DNA of 35,312 bases from Eledone cirrhosa. Lineage: Eukaryota. The stretch lies in assembly GCA_964016885.1 (NCBI GenBank), contig CAXHJY010001020.1, forward strand, positions 1 through 35,312, written 5' to 3'. Each line of letters begins with the position of its first letter. The first letter of the stretch is position 1. Under the pieces are notes generated by a model, which saw only the letters and a list, made by a program, of their open reading frames with translations, did no database searches and was not told where the DNA came from. This document shows, one piece after another, positions 1 through 13,187 of this stretch. A program made the position numbers and the translations under genes.

Positions 1-84
1 GGAGAGAAAAATATAATTATTGGGTAGGGGACATACACCCCCACCCCCACTTCCACTGCTCTTGATATATAATTATATATATAT

Positions 85-116
<32 letters not shown>

Positions 117-279
117 AAAAAAACCATTATATACTATGTAATGTGGTTATGATGTAATTAATAATACATAGCTTTTCTACTGTTTATAGAGCTCTTTCAC
201 CACTTGTTTATTACGCCACTCACACACACGTTTGTGTGGTTTATATGTGGTGGCATCTGTCTGTATATAATATGTGTGT

Positions 280-327
<48 letters not shown>

Positions 328-2869
328 CTGCTCTGTGTTACATTATAAACTCTTTCACTTATTCAATTCAACTTAAGTGAGAATTTCCTTTCATCTAATA
401 GACTCCCCCTAATTTTGTCACCAATTATACCAACACTTTCCTTGTAGTTTTTCTTACTCATTCAGTTTACTTGTTTTAGTTGTACGTTTTCATTTATGCC
501 CATTTCTTAATGATTTATATTTTCCAGAGCAACAAACGTTCTTTGTAAAACCATAATCTTTAGGTTATTCAGCACTTTCAAAGTGAACTGAATTTTAATT
601 ATACAGGGTGTGGAACTGTGAGGAAGTCTTAGAATTTCTGCATTCTGCTGTTTAAATTGGCATAAATTCTTTATAGTAATTTACTTGTTTAGGGTAGCGA
701 TTCCCCACCAGAAGAATTAACTCTAAGTTAACTCAAACATTTGATAATTAAGGAAGGATAAATTTAGCATCAGACTAAGTACCGGAGTTCATATAATTGC
801 TCCAACATAGCTAAAAGAACATATACTCTTAATCCTAAACGCAGAGCAAAAAAAAACATCAAGAACCCTACTTTTTTATTATAAGGACTTGCCTGGGTGA
901 AAAAATTTGTTTTTTTTAACATCTTTTTTGATGTAAGTACAGAGATCATATATTGACATGGATATCTTACTAGATTGTACTAAGAAGTTTACAATAAACT
1001 TTTAATTTTAGTGAGACAATAGATTAGCTATAAAAAAAAAAAGTGCAAATAGTCATACTTTATAAAAATTAATTTTAGCACTTAAAATATCTATAACTAC
1101 TAATCTAACTATTGTTGGCTTTGCGAAGGTTACACTAGAATTGACAATTAACATATAAAACATCCAGAAAACCCATTATCATCATTATCATCATTCTCCT
1201 CTATTAGCAGAAGGATGTCCAACTTTTCTTTCAATAAGGAAATATTTGATAAGGCAACACTGTACTACAATAATACTTTTCTAGCTTGTGGATTCAAATT
1301 ACCTATTCACTTTACTCCCTGTTCTGCTTTCTTAACTAAAATGATATACCATTATACATTTCATTCTATTTTAAACATTTAAACTTTTAGTAAGAGACTT
1401 TCTAATCTTAATAGACAAGTCCACCATCTCAGTCAACCATAGATAACAATCATTTGACACAATCAGAAAATAACCACAGACATGAAAAATATATCACTTA
1501 ACAGTCAGTAACAAAACTAAAAGAACATACTCATGTAGAAATACAAATACATGCCTACCAGATAAATCCTACAATGTTGAAGCCATAATTTATATCACAA
1601 TGATTATCTTTATAAAACCTAGAAGTGACATGTGACCAGCATGGGCATGATGGAGAGAAAACTTTAGCAGATTTTATAATCATACATCCTCCTGTAGTTG
1701 TGTGGAAAATATCAATGCAATGAAATTAGATAACTATATCTAGCAATTCAAAAAATATTTGAAAGATCTAAACCCTACAACATTGAAAATAAATTATTTG
1801 AACTGTGCAAAACACAGGTTCACCTTTCATCCTTCTGGGTTTGATAATCTAAAGGTCCCAATCAGTTAGGATATCAATTTTTTGTCTGTCACTCTTCCCA
1901 AAATATTGTAACCCTATGTTATATTAGATATAATCATAAGTTTTACAACTCACAAAATCTTCTGCTTTAATTTTATGAATGAATATATTACATTTGATCA
2001 GAAACAGACATTATAAAATATAGTGAGCCTCAGCTTACATTCTCTACCTCACTTTCCTTTTCTTCACTTTCTTTGTCTGTGCACATAATACATGTTTTAT
2101 CACAAGTATACTCCAAATTTAATATTTTACATTTTTTTTTTATTGATAACATAATTCATCCGACAAAGGGTTGTTAAAGCTTCCAGAAAAGCTCATAACT
2201 ATCTTCAGCGTGATATTGTTAAAGAAAGTATGTAGGCAGGCTAGTTATTTAATGAAAGCTTGCAGATTAGTATCTGTTGTGTATAGCTTATATAGTCCTA
2301 CTTACTATATAAGTTGACTGACTGGTTTTTATGAATGGATATCATATCAATTTGTAAATGTGATTGTTGTAGAATCAATGTTTGTGGTGTTATATACAAT
2401 CAAAGTATATGTGTTTATTGTATACATATAAAAAGAAAATGTGGTTCTTAATATAAAAGTTATATTATATGTGTATAGAAAGTCAAGAATAGTTGTTATG
2501 AATATTATTATGTTTAATTATAACTTAAAACATTCTAGTATGTTTCTTTCGGGTTTATTTGTCTAGTTTCTAGTTGCAAACTTATAAGTAAGCTAGATGT
2601 AGGTGACTAAATCATCATCTATTGGTGCAAGGAAGCAGATTATTCAGCAGAGCAATCCTTTAAGTAAAAACATACATGGTGTAGAAACTACTGCTAAGCT
2701 ATCACCTCTACTTCATTCCTACTGCCATTGCAGCAAATTCCTTGTGGTGTACCATAAGTAAATAACAATTTACAGTATTAACTTTTTTTTTACATGCAGT
2801 AATATTCAATAATTTTATGAAATATTTATAGTAGTTGTGCCAAGAAAAAAAGCTCTCAGTACAGGATGT

Positions 2870-3033
2870 AATGAGGTTGGCATTAGGAAGGGTATAAAGC
2901 CAAGCCAAACATGGATCGTATGAGCAAGATGTGGTTACCTGACTGGTCTAGCTTCAAAATGTGACGACCTGTTTAACCAATGAAAGTATGGAAAATAGAC
3001 ATTAAATGGTGATGTGATGATGATGATGATGAG
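2870..3033 (+). mobile_element. Decayed RTE-tailed SINE fragment with (GAT)n tail
   Basis: Contains gaggttggcattaggaagggt and the tail ...tggaaaatagacattaaatggtgatg(atg)n, matching the better-preserved copy at 12900-13187. Confidence 0.6.
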
Positions 3034-3409
3034 TTATTTTTTTATGTAGTTATATAATTATACAATATTTTCTGTAATTTTGCTACTGTTAATTCAGTTT
3101 AGCTTTCAGTGTACATATTTCCAATATTGTATTCATTTACAAGGTTTACACTAATTGATTAACACAGACCTTCAACTAAAACAGACCCCCCCCCCCCACA
3201 CACACACACTATTATTTAGTATGTTTTAATGAGTGTGTATTGTATGTCAAACATTTGAACATGCTCTGTAAAGCAAGTTGGTCACTTTGACCTACTTGGT
3301 CTCAGGCAACTTGACAACTAGTCTGACCCAGCATGGAAAGGGGATGTAAAATGAGATCTGTCTGGTAATTTGCATACATAGACAAAATACTTTGTGGCAT
3401 TTGGTTACA

Positions 3410-3515
3410 ACATTAGGAGGTTGATAAATAAAGCACCAGTAATGTACTGGGGTCAATTTAATCGACTTTTCTCCTCCTCTAAAATTGTTGGCCTCGTGCC
3501 TAAATCAGAAACCAT
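3410..3515 (+). mobile_element. tRNA-derived SINE 3' fragment (same family as 5880-6264)
   Basis: ttgataaataaagcaccagtaatgtactgggg...ggcctcgtgcctaaatcagaaacc matches the body and tail of the copies at 5880-6264. Confidence 0.6.
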
Positions 3516-4759
3516 TGTACCATGATTTTAGACAAACATAGTAGCCGTTACTACAGATTTGGCACCTTACCTTTTTAACAGAATTCTAAACAACATTGTT
3601 GACACCAGAAATCCTTCATAACCTGCTGATAAGTAAAAAGAAGAAAGAAAAAAAGGGTTTATATTTTGTTGTTTGAATCTGTGTGCAGTAAATTACCACT
3701 TAGAAAAGTAAAATTATTGTTGCTCCGGATGGCTGCACTTAACATTCTTTCACAAAACATTCTTCAAAGACCTTTTTTTCTCTTGTGAGGCATGATTATT
3801 AGGATTAATTAATTTATTCACATTAAATGTTATGTGTTGTACTTATTCAAATTATGGTTGTTATACTAACTCTGTGTGAGCGCGCGTGTGAGCGAAAATA
3901 TTACATTTTCTTTTACATCTGTGAGTCAAGTCTTGTATTTAATAGAAAATGACCTTGCTTTAGTCAAATATATACATTAGTTAGCACTAAAGTAATATAT
4001 ATTTATATATACACATACACATATACATACATGTATATATATATTACTTGTTTCAATCATTAAATTGTGGCCATGTTGCTGCACTATCCTGAAGAGAGTA
4101 TAGTCAATTACATCAAACCACAATAGACTTCAAAAGAATGAAGTGCAAAATCATGTTGGGTGGAATTTGAACTCAGAATGTAAAAGACATAACTAAATAT
4201 GAGATATTTTGTCCAATGTTCTATTGATTCTGTCACTCGTCCCCCTTTGATTAGATTACATTTCAGTTTCCTATTTACACCTTTTATTCAATATAAATTG
4301 AGATCAGTCAGTAATAATTAAGCATTGTGAAAGTCAGGATTAAGGCCAACTGATTCCTTATTTATAGTCCAGCAATGGTCTCCCTCTTGATCCTTCTAGT
4401 AACTAACTGGTATAATAATTCATTATAAATGTTGAATATGAAATAATAAATTTTTCAAGATCAAACTGAACAACTATATAAAACAGAATCTGCTTTTAAT
4501 ATATTTTATATTTATCGCAATAAGCAATGTAAGCAAATAACTTGACTTAAACTGAGACAACAAGAGAAAATGCTAATCCCCCCCCCCTTTTCCCCCTTCA
4601 TTTTAAAATAAACTATTGTAAATCTGGCACAAAAGAAAAAAGAAAAATTATTGCATCAAATATGTGTTTGTTGTTTCACCATTTTGTGACAATATTTCTA
4701 ATGAAATACTATAATTCAATGGATAAATTAAGACTTTTGAGGGATTTAACTTCCTCCTT

Positions 4760-4950
4760 CCGCTTCTCTCTACCACTTCTTTTTGAGAGGGTTGCAAGAG
4801 CAGAGTACTCAAACACTCCTTCAGCAGGTCCTGCCAGAAGCAACCAACCATCTCCAACTGATCCAGCTGGATCCCCAAGTTTATCAAGTCATGGATGTTG
4901 GGGTCTACCTCTGGGTCTCTTGCCGGTTAAACTTTTAAATTCATTACTAA
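4760..4950 (-). mobile_element. RTE-clade LINE 3' remnant (RT C-terminus)
   Basis: Minus strand reads GKRPRGRPQHP*LD, then after a frameshift LGIQLDQLEMV...WQDLL...LLLQP. This resembles the RTE C-terminal motif KRPRGRP.TRW.D...LGI...LE.V...W..LL.LLPP.P. Confidence 0.65.
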
Positions 4951-5456
4951 GATAGTGACTTAGCATATGGTCCTGATATAAAATTATGTTGTACAAGGAG
5001 TGAAGTTGGACATTAAATGAGGATGATGATGATTCAATTTAAAGAAAAGCTCTTTAAAATGTTTTTTTTTTATTGAACCAGAACTATTTTATTGGACAGG
5101 TTTACAAACTTGTACCTATCACTATCTTTCAATAACTGCTACTATTTCTAAAACCTTCAGCAATACATAGACATATATTAACCACTCAAGCCACTAATAG
5201 ACCTACCATTTCAATGGCTTCTATTCAATTAAATGAAAAAATATTAAATATACAAAAAAAAAACAAAAAACATCAAAAACTTATCCTTTATTTTCCCTTT
5301 CAGAATTCCTACTTATCACTGAGAAAAATTACCTTCACCCTTCCTGTATGGGTGAAGTAGGAATGAAGGATAGTCACTAAAGTTGGTTGTTAGACTAGTA
5401 GACAGTAAAGTTGCCTCTAACCTACTTAATGCAGTGAGCTTAGACATTTTAATTAC

Positions 5457-5545
5457 TTGTATATACTCGAATATAAGCCGATCCGATATGTCGACCCCTA
5501 TTTACTGTCTGAGAAAATCTAAACCTCATTTATAAGTTGAGGCAG
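5457..5545 (+). mobile_element. Possible Tc1/mariner-superfamily (Tc2/pogo-like) terminal remnant
   Basis: gtatatactcgaatataagccga...tcgaccc resembles recalled Tc2-type termini. No matching second TIR was found. Confidence 0.35.
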
Positions 5546-5879
5546 ATAATCAACACATATTTTGAAAGTCTCTTGAGCGGAGAATATATTTTATGAAGTT
5601 TTGATATTCAAAATGTTTTAAAGTATATTTAACTCTGATTTAAAAAAAAAATTTTTATTTTATTTCCGACCAATTTTGATGGCCAAAACAGGCTGGAGAC
5701 CATTTATTGCTTGTCTGTTGTTTCACTTTTAATATCTTTGCACTCTTTCTAAGAACAACGACTTAACAAAGTGCACTGTGTGTATTTTATTATAAGACTC
5801 AGTAATTGGAGTGCTATCAATATCTGAAGAACATCACAGCATTTCATTATACATTTAACAAACAAATCAGATAATATTA

Positions 5880-6264
5880 CGGTGGATTGGCAGTATCGGT
5901 AGAGGGTCGGGCGCCATGCTTTTGACGCATAGAGTTATGGCGCTTGACATTCTGAGTTCAAATCCCGCCGAGGTTAACTTTGCCTTTCATCCTTACGGGC
6001 TCGATAAAATAAAGTACCAGTAATACACTGGATAATTGCTGGCCTTGTGCCTAACGAGAAACAATTATTACAGGAATTGGCAGTATCGGTAGAGGGTCGG
6101 ACGCCATGCTTTGATGCATAGAGTTACGTCCCTTGACATTCTGAGTTCAAATCCCGCCAAGGTTAACTTTGCCTTTCATCCTTACGGGGTCGATAAAATA
6201 AAGTACCAGTAATACACTGGGATAATTGCTGGCCTTGTGCCAAAAATAGAAACAATTATTACAG
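5880..6264 (+). mobile_element. Head-to-tail dimer of a tRNA-derived SINE (~190 bp units)
   Basis: Two direct units (5880-6072, 6073-6264). Each has tggcagtatcggtagag (box A-like), gagttcaaatccc (box B), the central gcctttcatccttacgggNtcgataaaataaagtaccag domain and the tail gctggccttgtgcc...gaaacaattatta. Confidence 0.85.
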
Positions 6265-6355
6265 TTAGTATGTGACATTTAATAATGTTTTCTCTGTGTC
6301 AGTGTGTCGTGTATATCACTCATTATTCTAGTTTAAGATCGAATATAATGGCAGG

Positions 6356-6610
6356 CAGACCTGTCAACCTCTAAAAACGCAAACGGGGAGTACCATGAAC
6401 AGAAGTGACCCAAAATGTTGTAGTGCACCTGAGCACTTTACACAATAATTTCATTATTATTTTTTATTTAAAATTGGGAGAAATGAGGAGACAATTGGGG
6501 AGATTTTGTATAATGAAAGCTATACCGATTTTCACAAGAGATGACATCTCTCACTCACACGAAAGTGGGAGGGAGGTCTCCCTGCCCGACGGGGAGAATT
6601 AACAGGTCTG
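6356..6610. mobile_element. Non-autonomous DNA transposon (hAT-like MITE)
   Basis: Terminal inverted repeats cagacctgt (6356-6364) and acaggtctg (6602-6610) with further imperfect pairing and internal ggga repeats. An 8-bp TSD is not recognisable. Confidence 0.5.
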
Positions 6611-6960
6611 GTAAAGGGAAGTGATAACTGCAGACATTTTTCTTTTTATTAAACGTCCTCATCCCCGACTGAAGATGACAAGGATAAATGCATGGAGTTT
6701 AGGTTTAGGGATTGAACATAGGTGTGTGAATACCCAGAAGCCACACTCTGCGAAGAAAAGAAACAGTAAAGTTCTAGTTAACAAAATGTAGAGTGTTAGC
6801 CAGATCTTCTTCAGCTTTACGTTAATAGAGTATGTGGTGTGTTGTGAGATGAAGAAGAGACAAAAGTTGGTTGGAGAAATAAATAAGTTAGGATTAGACA
6901 CGGTAACACTAAAAATCAAGCTAGATTTTTACAAATAAGCTGATTGTATGTTGAGGGATT

Positions 6961-6974
6961 ACACACACGCGCAC

Positions 6975-7044
<70 letters not shown>
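6961..7044. repeat. (CA)n microsatellite
   Basis: Direct inspection. Confidence 0.95.
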
Positions 7045-7048
<4 letters not shown>

Positions 7049-7368
7049 ATAACACGGTCAAATCCGCATGTCGTCAGCCCACTCCTGAAGATTATTTTAG
7101 AAGTAGAGAAATCGTAATGATTACGTTGGCTGACGATATAGGAATTTGTCTGGTTTTTCTCGTTGACCTTGTCATGCGTGCTCTTTTTGAATCACATATA
7201 ATGTCTGTGTACACACACACACACACATACGCGCGCGCGCGCACCTGTTGAAACGTTCGTAGAAATGTATGAATAAATGATAATTTCTTCTTGACTTCCT
7301 TACAATTTTGAATATGTGTGTGTATATAGACATGGAACACTCATCGTTTGAATCGACGGAGTGTCAGC

Positions 7369-7416
<48 letters not shown>

Positions 7417-7699
7417 AATTATACCAAACCATTTATTCGACATCGCAACCATATTTGACAATAGCTTGTCATACATGCATCTAAATAACTTCTAACTAAA
7501 TGAAAAATATGTTGCAATTGTGATTAATCATACATATTTCCAGTAACATTTGACATTTTTGTTATATTTTCCTTTTTTTCTTTCTTTCTTTATAACTGAA
7601 AACGAAGACCAACATCGCACAACTATTTATGTAGATGAGGCAATGAAGTTATTACTTCCGAAAATGTATCTATCGATAAATGTTGAACGTCTCGCTGTT

Positions 7700-7950
7700 T
7701 ATGAGTTAGTCCACGCCTCATGGTTCCAGCCGATAGAATAGAGAAGGCGTTGCCTCGGAAGATAGCTAGGGAGACGCGCTGGAATACCCACTCCAACGCG
7801 CGGGCCTGCTCTTGCGAGTAACCAACTCCGCCCCAATAGCAGTTTGTAGGGATGTGGTCCGGGGCCAAAAGAGCTCTACTGTCAAGCGACAGATACGTCA
7901 ACAGTTTGCCCTTTTCGGCCTGACGATCAGCGAAGTCTGGGATTACCATA
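7700..7950 (-). mobile_element. CRE-like (restriction-like endonuclease) non-LTR retrotransposon 3' fragment
   Basis: PDFADRQAEKGKLLTYLSL...EWVFQRVSLAIFRGNAFSILS matches the AE..K..KY...QR.S.A..RGNA..IL C-terminal RLE motif of CRE-clade elements. Confidence 0.75.
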
Positions 7951-8054
7951 GGTCAAAATTTGAAAATATTATGATGTGTAAACTGTTGTCTGTCCATGTC
8001 TATCACTCATAGACATTCCAGTTGTAACTGTCACGTCTTTTTGTTCAGTCTATA

Positions 8055-8200
8055 CAGTGAAAGTCAGTTTTAACGAAATTCACGGGGTATAAAAAAATTC
8101 GTTGTATCGACCTAACTTTTCGTGAACGGGGATTGAAAATTTTTTTCGTTATACTGAAAAATTCGCTATGATTGTATTCGTTATAACGGAATTTTATCTG
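8055..8200. mobile_element. Tigger/pogo-like MITE with TA TSD
   Basis: Left end cagtgaaagtcagttttaacgaa versus reverse complement of right end cagataaaattccgttataacgaa. Flanked by TA at 8053-8054 and 8201-8202. Confidence 0.75.
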
Positions 8201-8469
8201 TATAATGATACGATCATTGAAACTCTGATTTAGTGGGTGTGTGGGCCATGTTAATGCTGCAGAGGATAGTTAAGCAGTGTATGTTCTTCAACTTTAGCTT
8301 TTATTCTTACAATCTCTAAAATATGCTATCAGTCACGTCCAATCTTAGGAGTGAGTGTCTTGGGTCTTTTTTTAACTGGCGGTATCCTTCCCTGTTCAAT
8401 TCTGAACACAACTAATCAATTTCTTTCAGAGGAGGCTAAACAAGCAAAAGGGAAGAATAATCGATCCCG

Positions 8470-8795
8470 ACAGGAGACTGGTACGTTATTTATCGACCCT
8501 GAAAGGATGAAAGGCATAGTTGACCTCGGTAGCATTTGAACTCTGAGCGCAGTCTAAACGAATACAACCATCCGTTTGTCGACTTTGCCTCAACCGTCTT
8601 TCAGTCTTTTGCAGGAAAAGGACACTGAGTCGTTTTCTGTCGAACTCCTGCCAGGGCTGTGTAACAGATTCTGAGGGAGAAATAGAGCGCTCAAGAAAAT
8701 CGACCGTAATACTTAACTAGTACTTTATTTGTCGCCCCCACAAGGACAAAAAGCAAAGTTTGACCTCAGCGGAATTTTAACTCCGAACGTAAATT
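8470..8795 (-). mobile_element. Two decayed SINE fragments (8470-8550 and 8715-8795)
   Basis: Each is the reverse complement of the box B plus central domain, e.g. ctggtacgttatttatcgaccctgaaaggatgaaaggcatagttgacctcgg...tttgaactc. Confidence 0.7.
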
Positions 8796-8984
8796 GCTAT
8801 TAGAAAGCAGTATTAATAGAGTGGAAATGTTAGATGTCAGCTGTTTTAGGGAGATCATCACTTGAAAAGAAAAAAGTGAATATACGATTGTTTCTATATT
8901 GTGCAACCTTTTGTATTCAGTGAGTTAGTAATAATTGATGATGCTGTCATCCGTTTTACCTAATAGTACCTGACACAATCAATT

Positions 8985-9160
8985 GGTTGACACTCAGATA
9001 ATGCGATAATTGTTTTGGCTCTTAACATTCTGATTTCAAATCCCGCCGTGGTCAAATTTGCTTTCTTTTTTCGTCTCGATAAAAAAAAAAAAAAATACAA
9101 TTCAAATACTGGGGTTATTTAAATCAAATTTGTTGGCCTTGGGCCTAAAATCAATATTAT
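8985..9160 (+). mobile_element. Decayed SINE copy
   Basis: acattctgatttcaaatcccgccgtggtcaaatttgctttc...tcgataaaa...ttggccttgggcctaaaat aligns with 5880-6264. Confidence 0.6.
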
Positions 9161-9626
9161 TAAGGTGTCACAGAATATCTAACGACACCAATCAGTACTA
9201 AAAAAATATTCAATACGCATATTATAATTTGTAATTTGTGTATGTGCGAAACTGAGTTATCTAATATATACATCACTGAGAACAGCCTTTTGTATTCGAT
9301 AATGTCATACATTTTTATGTATTACAAGGGAAGGGTGGGTCTTAATATCTACCACCTTCAGTACTATGAAAGACAATGTATGTATGTTTATAGTTGCGGT
9401 CGATTTCATCGACTTTCCCCACTCCTCAAATTGCTGGCCTTGTGCCTATATCAGAAATCATTATTTAGCACTATATCAGCTGTTGTCAAGCAGACTATAT
9501 TCAAAGTCATTTCTAACCAAGACCATCCCGTCTTTTTATTTTTTTGTAGCGAGTGATTCGAAGGAGATTTAGCTTCTGTTTCTAACAGGCCGAGCGACCA
9601 CATAAAGACTCCCATGTTAGCTCGAT

Positions 9627-9692
<66 letters not shown>

Positions 9693-10049
9693 GTGCGTCT
9701 AAATATTTATTCTATTTCATTTATTTATAAAAATATATTTACTTTTGAATGGCAGACGGTTTGCGGAATTTTCCATTTTAGACGTGGCATTGAACTGAAC
9801 ATACGCTAGTGGAAATTTCCAAAGCCAGTTAAAAAATGAAAAAAAGAAAAAGAAGAAAACAAAAACAATAGAGAAAACAACATGCACAAAAGATGGAAAA
9901 TAAAATAATAAAATAAAACAAAACATAATAATTAAATAGAAAGAATCAAGCTACACATATTACTGTTTCAGTGATGGAAGCTGTCTGTCAGCATGTATAG
10001 TACGTGTGCGGTTGATGTATGTAGTGCATATATATATTCGCGCGCGCAC

Positions 10050-11230
<1,181 letters not shown>

Positions 11231-11374
11231 TATATATATACACACATATATACATATATATATACATACATACATACAATACATATAATTGTTTCTACTT
11301 TAGGCACAAGGCCAGCAATTACCCAGTGCATATAATACATACATATAATACATACATATACGTATGTTTCATAA

Positions 11375-11500
11375 TCATCAACATTTAATGTCCGTTTTCC
11401 ACACTTACATGGTTTGTCATGTTATGACACAAATCATGCTACACGGATCTGTATTTTGGCATGATTTTCTACAGCTAGATGCCCTTCCTAATACTACAGT
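11375..11500 (-). mobile_element. RTE-tailed SINE fragment
   Basis: catcaacatttaatgtccgttttccac...ttttctacagctagatgcccttcctaa matches 12259-12610. Confidence 0.6.
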
Positions 11501-11619
11501 GTTGACTGGGAACTTTGCCGTTAGTTTGCTACTGATGGAACTCCAGTAGCATAGAGAATTTGTACTCAAAACTCAAGGAACGGATCTAACAATTCCAACC
11601 CTCTCATTGCATTTGTCTG

Positions 11620-11715
11620 CTACTTTATTTATCGACTCCACAAGGATGAATGGTGGGTTTGAAATTAGAGCGTAGGGTGCTAGAATAAATGACGCAAGGA
11701 ATTCTTCCCGGCGTT
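11620..11715 (-). mobile_element. Internally deleted SINE fragment (donor of the templated insertion at 12692)
   Basis: tactttatttatcgactccacaaggatgaa|tggtgggtttgaa lacks the aggcaaagttgacc segment present in other copies. Confidence 0.6.
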
Positions 11716-11844
11716 TTATCTTTGTAAAAGGACCAGATTTAGGCCTTGGCGTTGGGGAGTCCGGGGCAGTTTAAGTTTTGTGGGGCCCTCATATAGCACA
11801 CACACGCACGCACACACTATTCCACCTTTCCCCGATAAATCTGC

Positions 11845-11849
<5 letters not shown>

Positions 11850-11894
<45 letters not shown>

Positions 11895-11981
11895 GTGTGC
11901 GTGCGTGCGTGCGCGCGTATATATATAACACACACCACAAACACAAGCACAGACACAAACATGTACATGTATGTTCGTGTG

Positions 11982-12064
<83 letters not shown>

Positions 12065-12198
12065 TTTACCTGTTTCAGCCATCCGTTATTAAACTAACAG
12101 ATTAAAGTTTAAGCAAAGAATCGCTGCTTTCCCCCTTAACTGGATCTTCTGAAACTAAAAGTGCCCTCTTGGATTTTAGTCTTCAAATTTATTATTAT

Positions 12199-12258
<60 letters not shown>
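11850..12258. repeat. (GT)n and (TA)n microsatellites
   Basis: Direct inspection. Confidence 0.9.
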
Positions 12259-12260
<2 letters not shown>

Positions 12261-12610
12261 TCATCATCATCATCATCAACGTTTAACGTCCGTGTTCCAC
12301 GCTTGCATGGGTTTGGACGGGGGTAGTCCCACTTGAGGCAAGAGTGATTGTCTTGCTCGCATAGGACTGTCTGGCAGGTTTTCTACAGTTGGATGCCCTT
12401 CCTAACACCAACCACATTTACAGTGTGGGTCTGGGAGGTTTTTACCGTGTTGCCTACACGGCCACATTACAGCGTGGACTGTGTGTTTTTTTGTCGTGAC
12501 ACCTACACGATCTCATTTGTTTCGGCCTCGATGGCGCGGCACCAACATAACTTTACATAGAACGGGGTGGTGTGGATCGGGTGGGGGTGGTGGTGGTGGG
12601 GCGGGGTGTA
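12259..12610 (-). mobile_element. RTE-tailed SINE, same subfamily as 26942-27386
   Basis: (cat)n tail, gtttaacgtccgtgttccacgcttgcatggg, ggatgcccttcctaacaccaacc and a G-rich end. Near-identical in layout to 26942-27386. Confidence 0.75.
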
Positions 12611-12625
12611 TTTTGTTAGAGATAT

Positions 12626-12874
12626 ATAGGAACGAGTAGGACCCCGACGGCTGAGCTCAAGCCGTTTCGACGGCTAATTCTGGACTAAAATTGGTGGGTT
12701 TGAAATTAGAGCGTAGGGTGCTAGACGGCTAATTCTAGTCCATAATTAGCCGTCGAAACGGCTTGAGCTCAGCCGCCGGGATCCTACTCTTCCTATTACC
12801 TACTCTACTACCCTAAGTATTGAGTACTTTGGTGCATTATGGTCCATCTGGTTCCTTACCACATTTCCTTCGTT
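12626..12874 (+). mobile_element. Hairpin-headed PLE-like non-autonomous element, family B copy 1
   Basis: Inverted arms 12626-12687 and 12736-12796, followed by the tail tacctactctactaccc...ggtccatctggttccttaccacatttccttcgtt into (TA)n. Homologous to 18651-18800 and 26752-26936. Confidence 0.75.
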
Positions 12875-12899
12875 ATATATATATATATATATATGCATG

Positions 12900-13187
12900 C
12901 CCCCCACACCCTCCCACTGCAAGGTGGTCGTGGAGGTGCCACGGCAAAAAAGCACCCAGCCCACACTGTAAAGTGGACGTCTAGGTGCCACGACAAACCA
13001 CCCAGCACTCACTGTAAATGAGGTTGGTGTTAGGAAGGGCATCCAGCTGTAGAAATCAAGCCAAATCAGTTCCTGTATGAGCAAGGCATGGTCAGCCGAC
13101 CAGACACTGCCCACAACAGGACAACCCGTCTAACTCATGCTAGCGTGGAAGAACGGACGTAAAACGGTGATGATGATGATGATGATT
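12900..13187 (+). mobile_element. RTE-tailed SINE with (GAT)n tail
   Basis: gaggttggtgttaggaagggcatccagctgtagaaa...catgctagcgtggaagaacggacgtaaaacggt(gat)n. The body is shared with 29033-29206. Confidence 0.75.

Noticed and set aside
4662-4955. 97-aa plus-strand ORF with a Pro/Ser-rich stretch
   Set aside because: It is antisense to an RTE C-terminal remnant and has no recognisable domain.
5880-6264. Direct repeats as a CRISPR array or tRNA genes
   Set aside because: The units are ~190 bp with no unique spacers in a eukaryotic context. The A/B boxes lack a full cloverleaf and belong to SINE heads.
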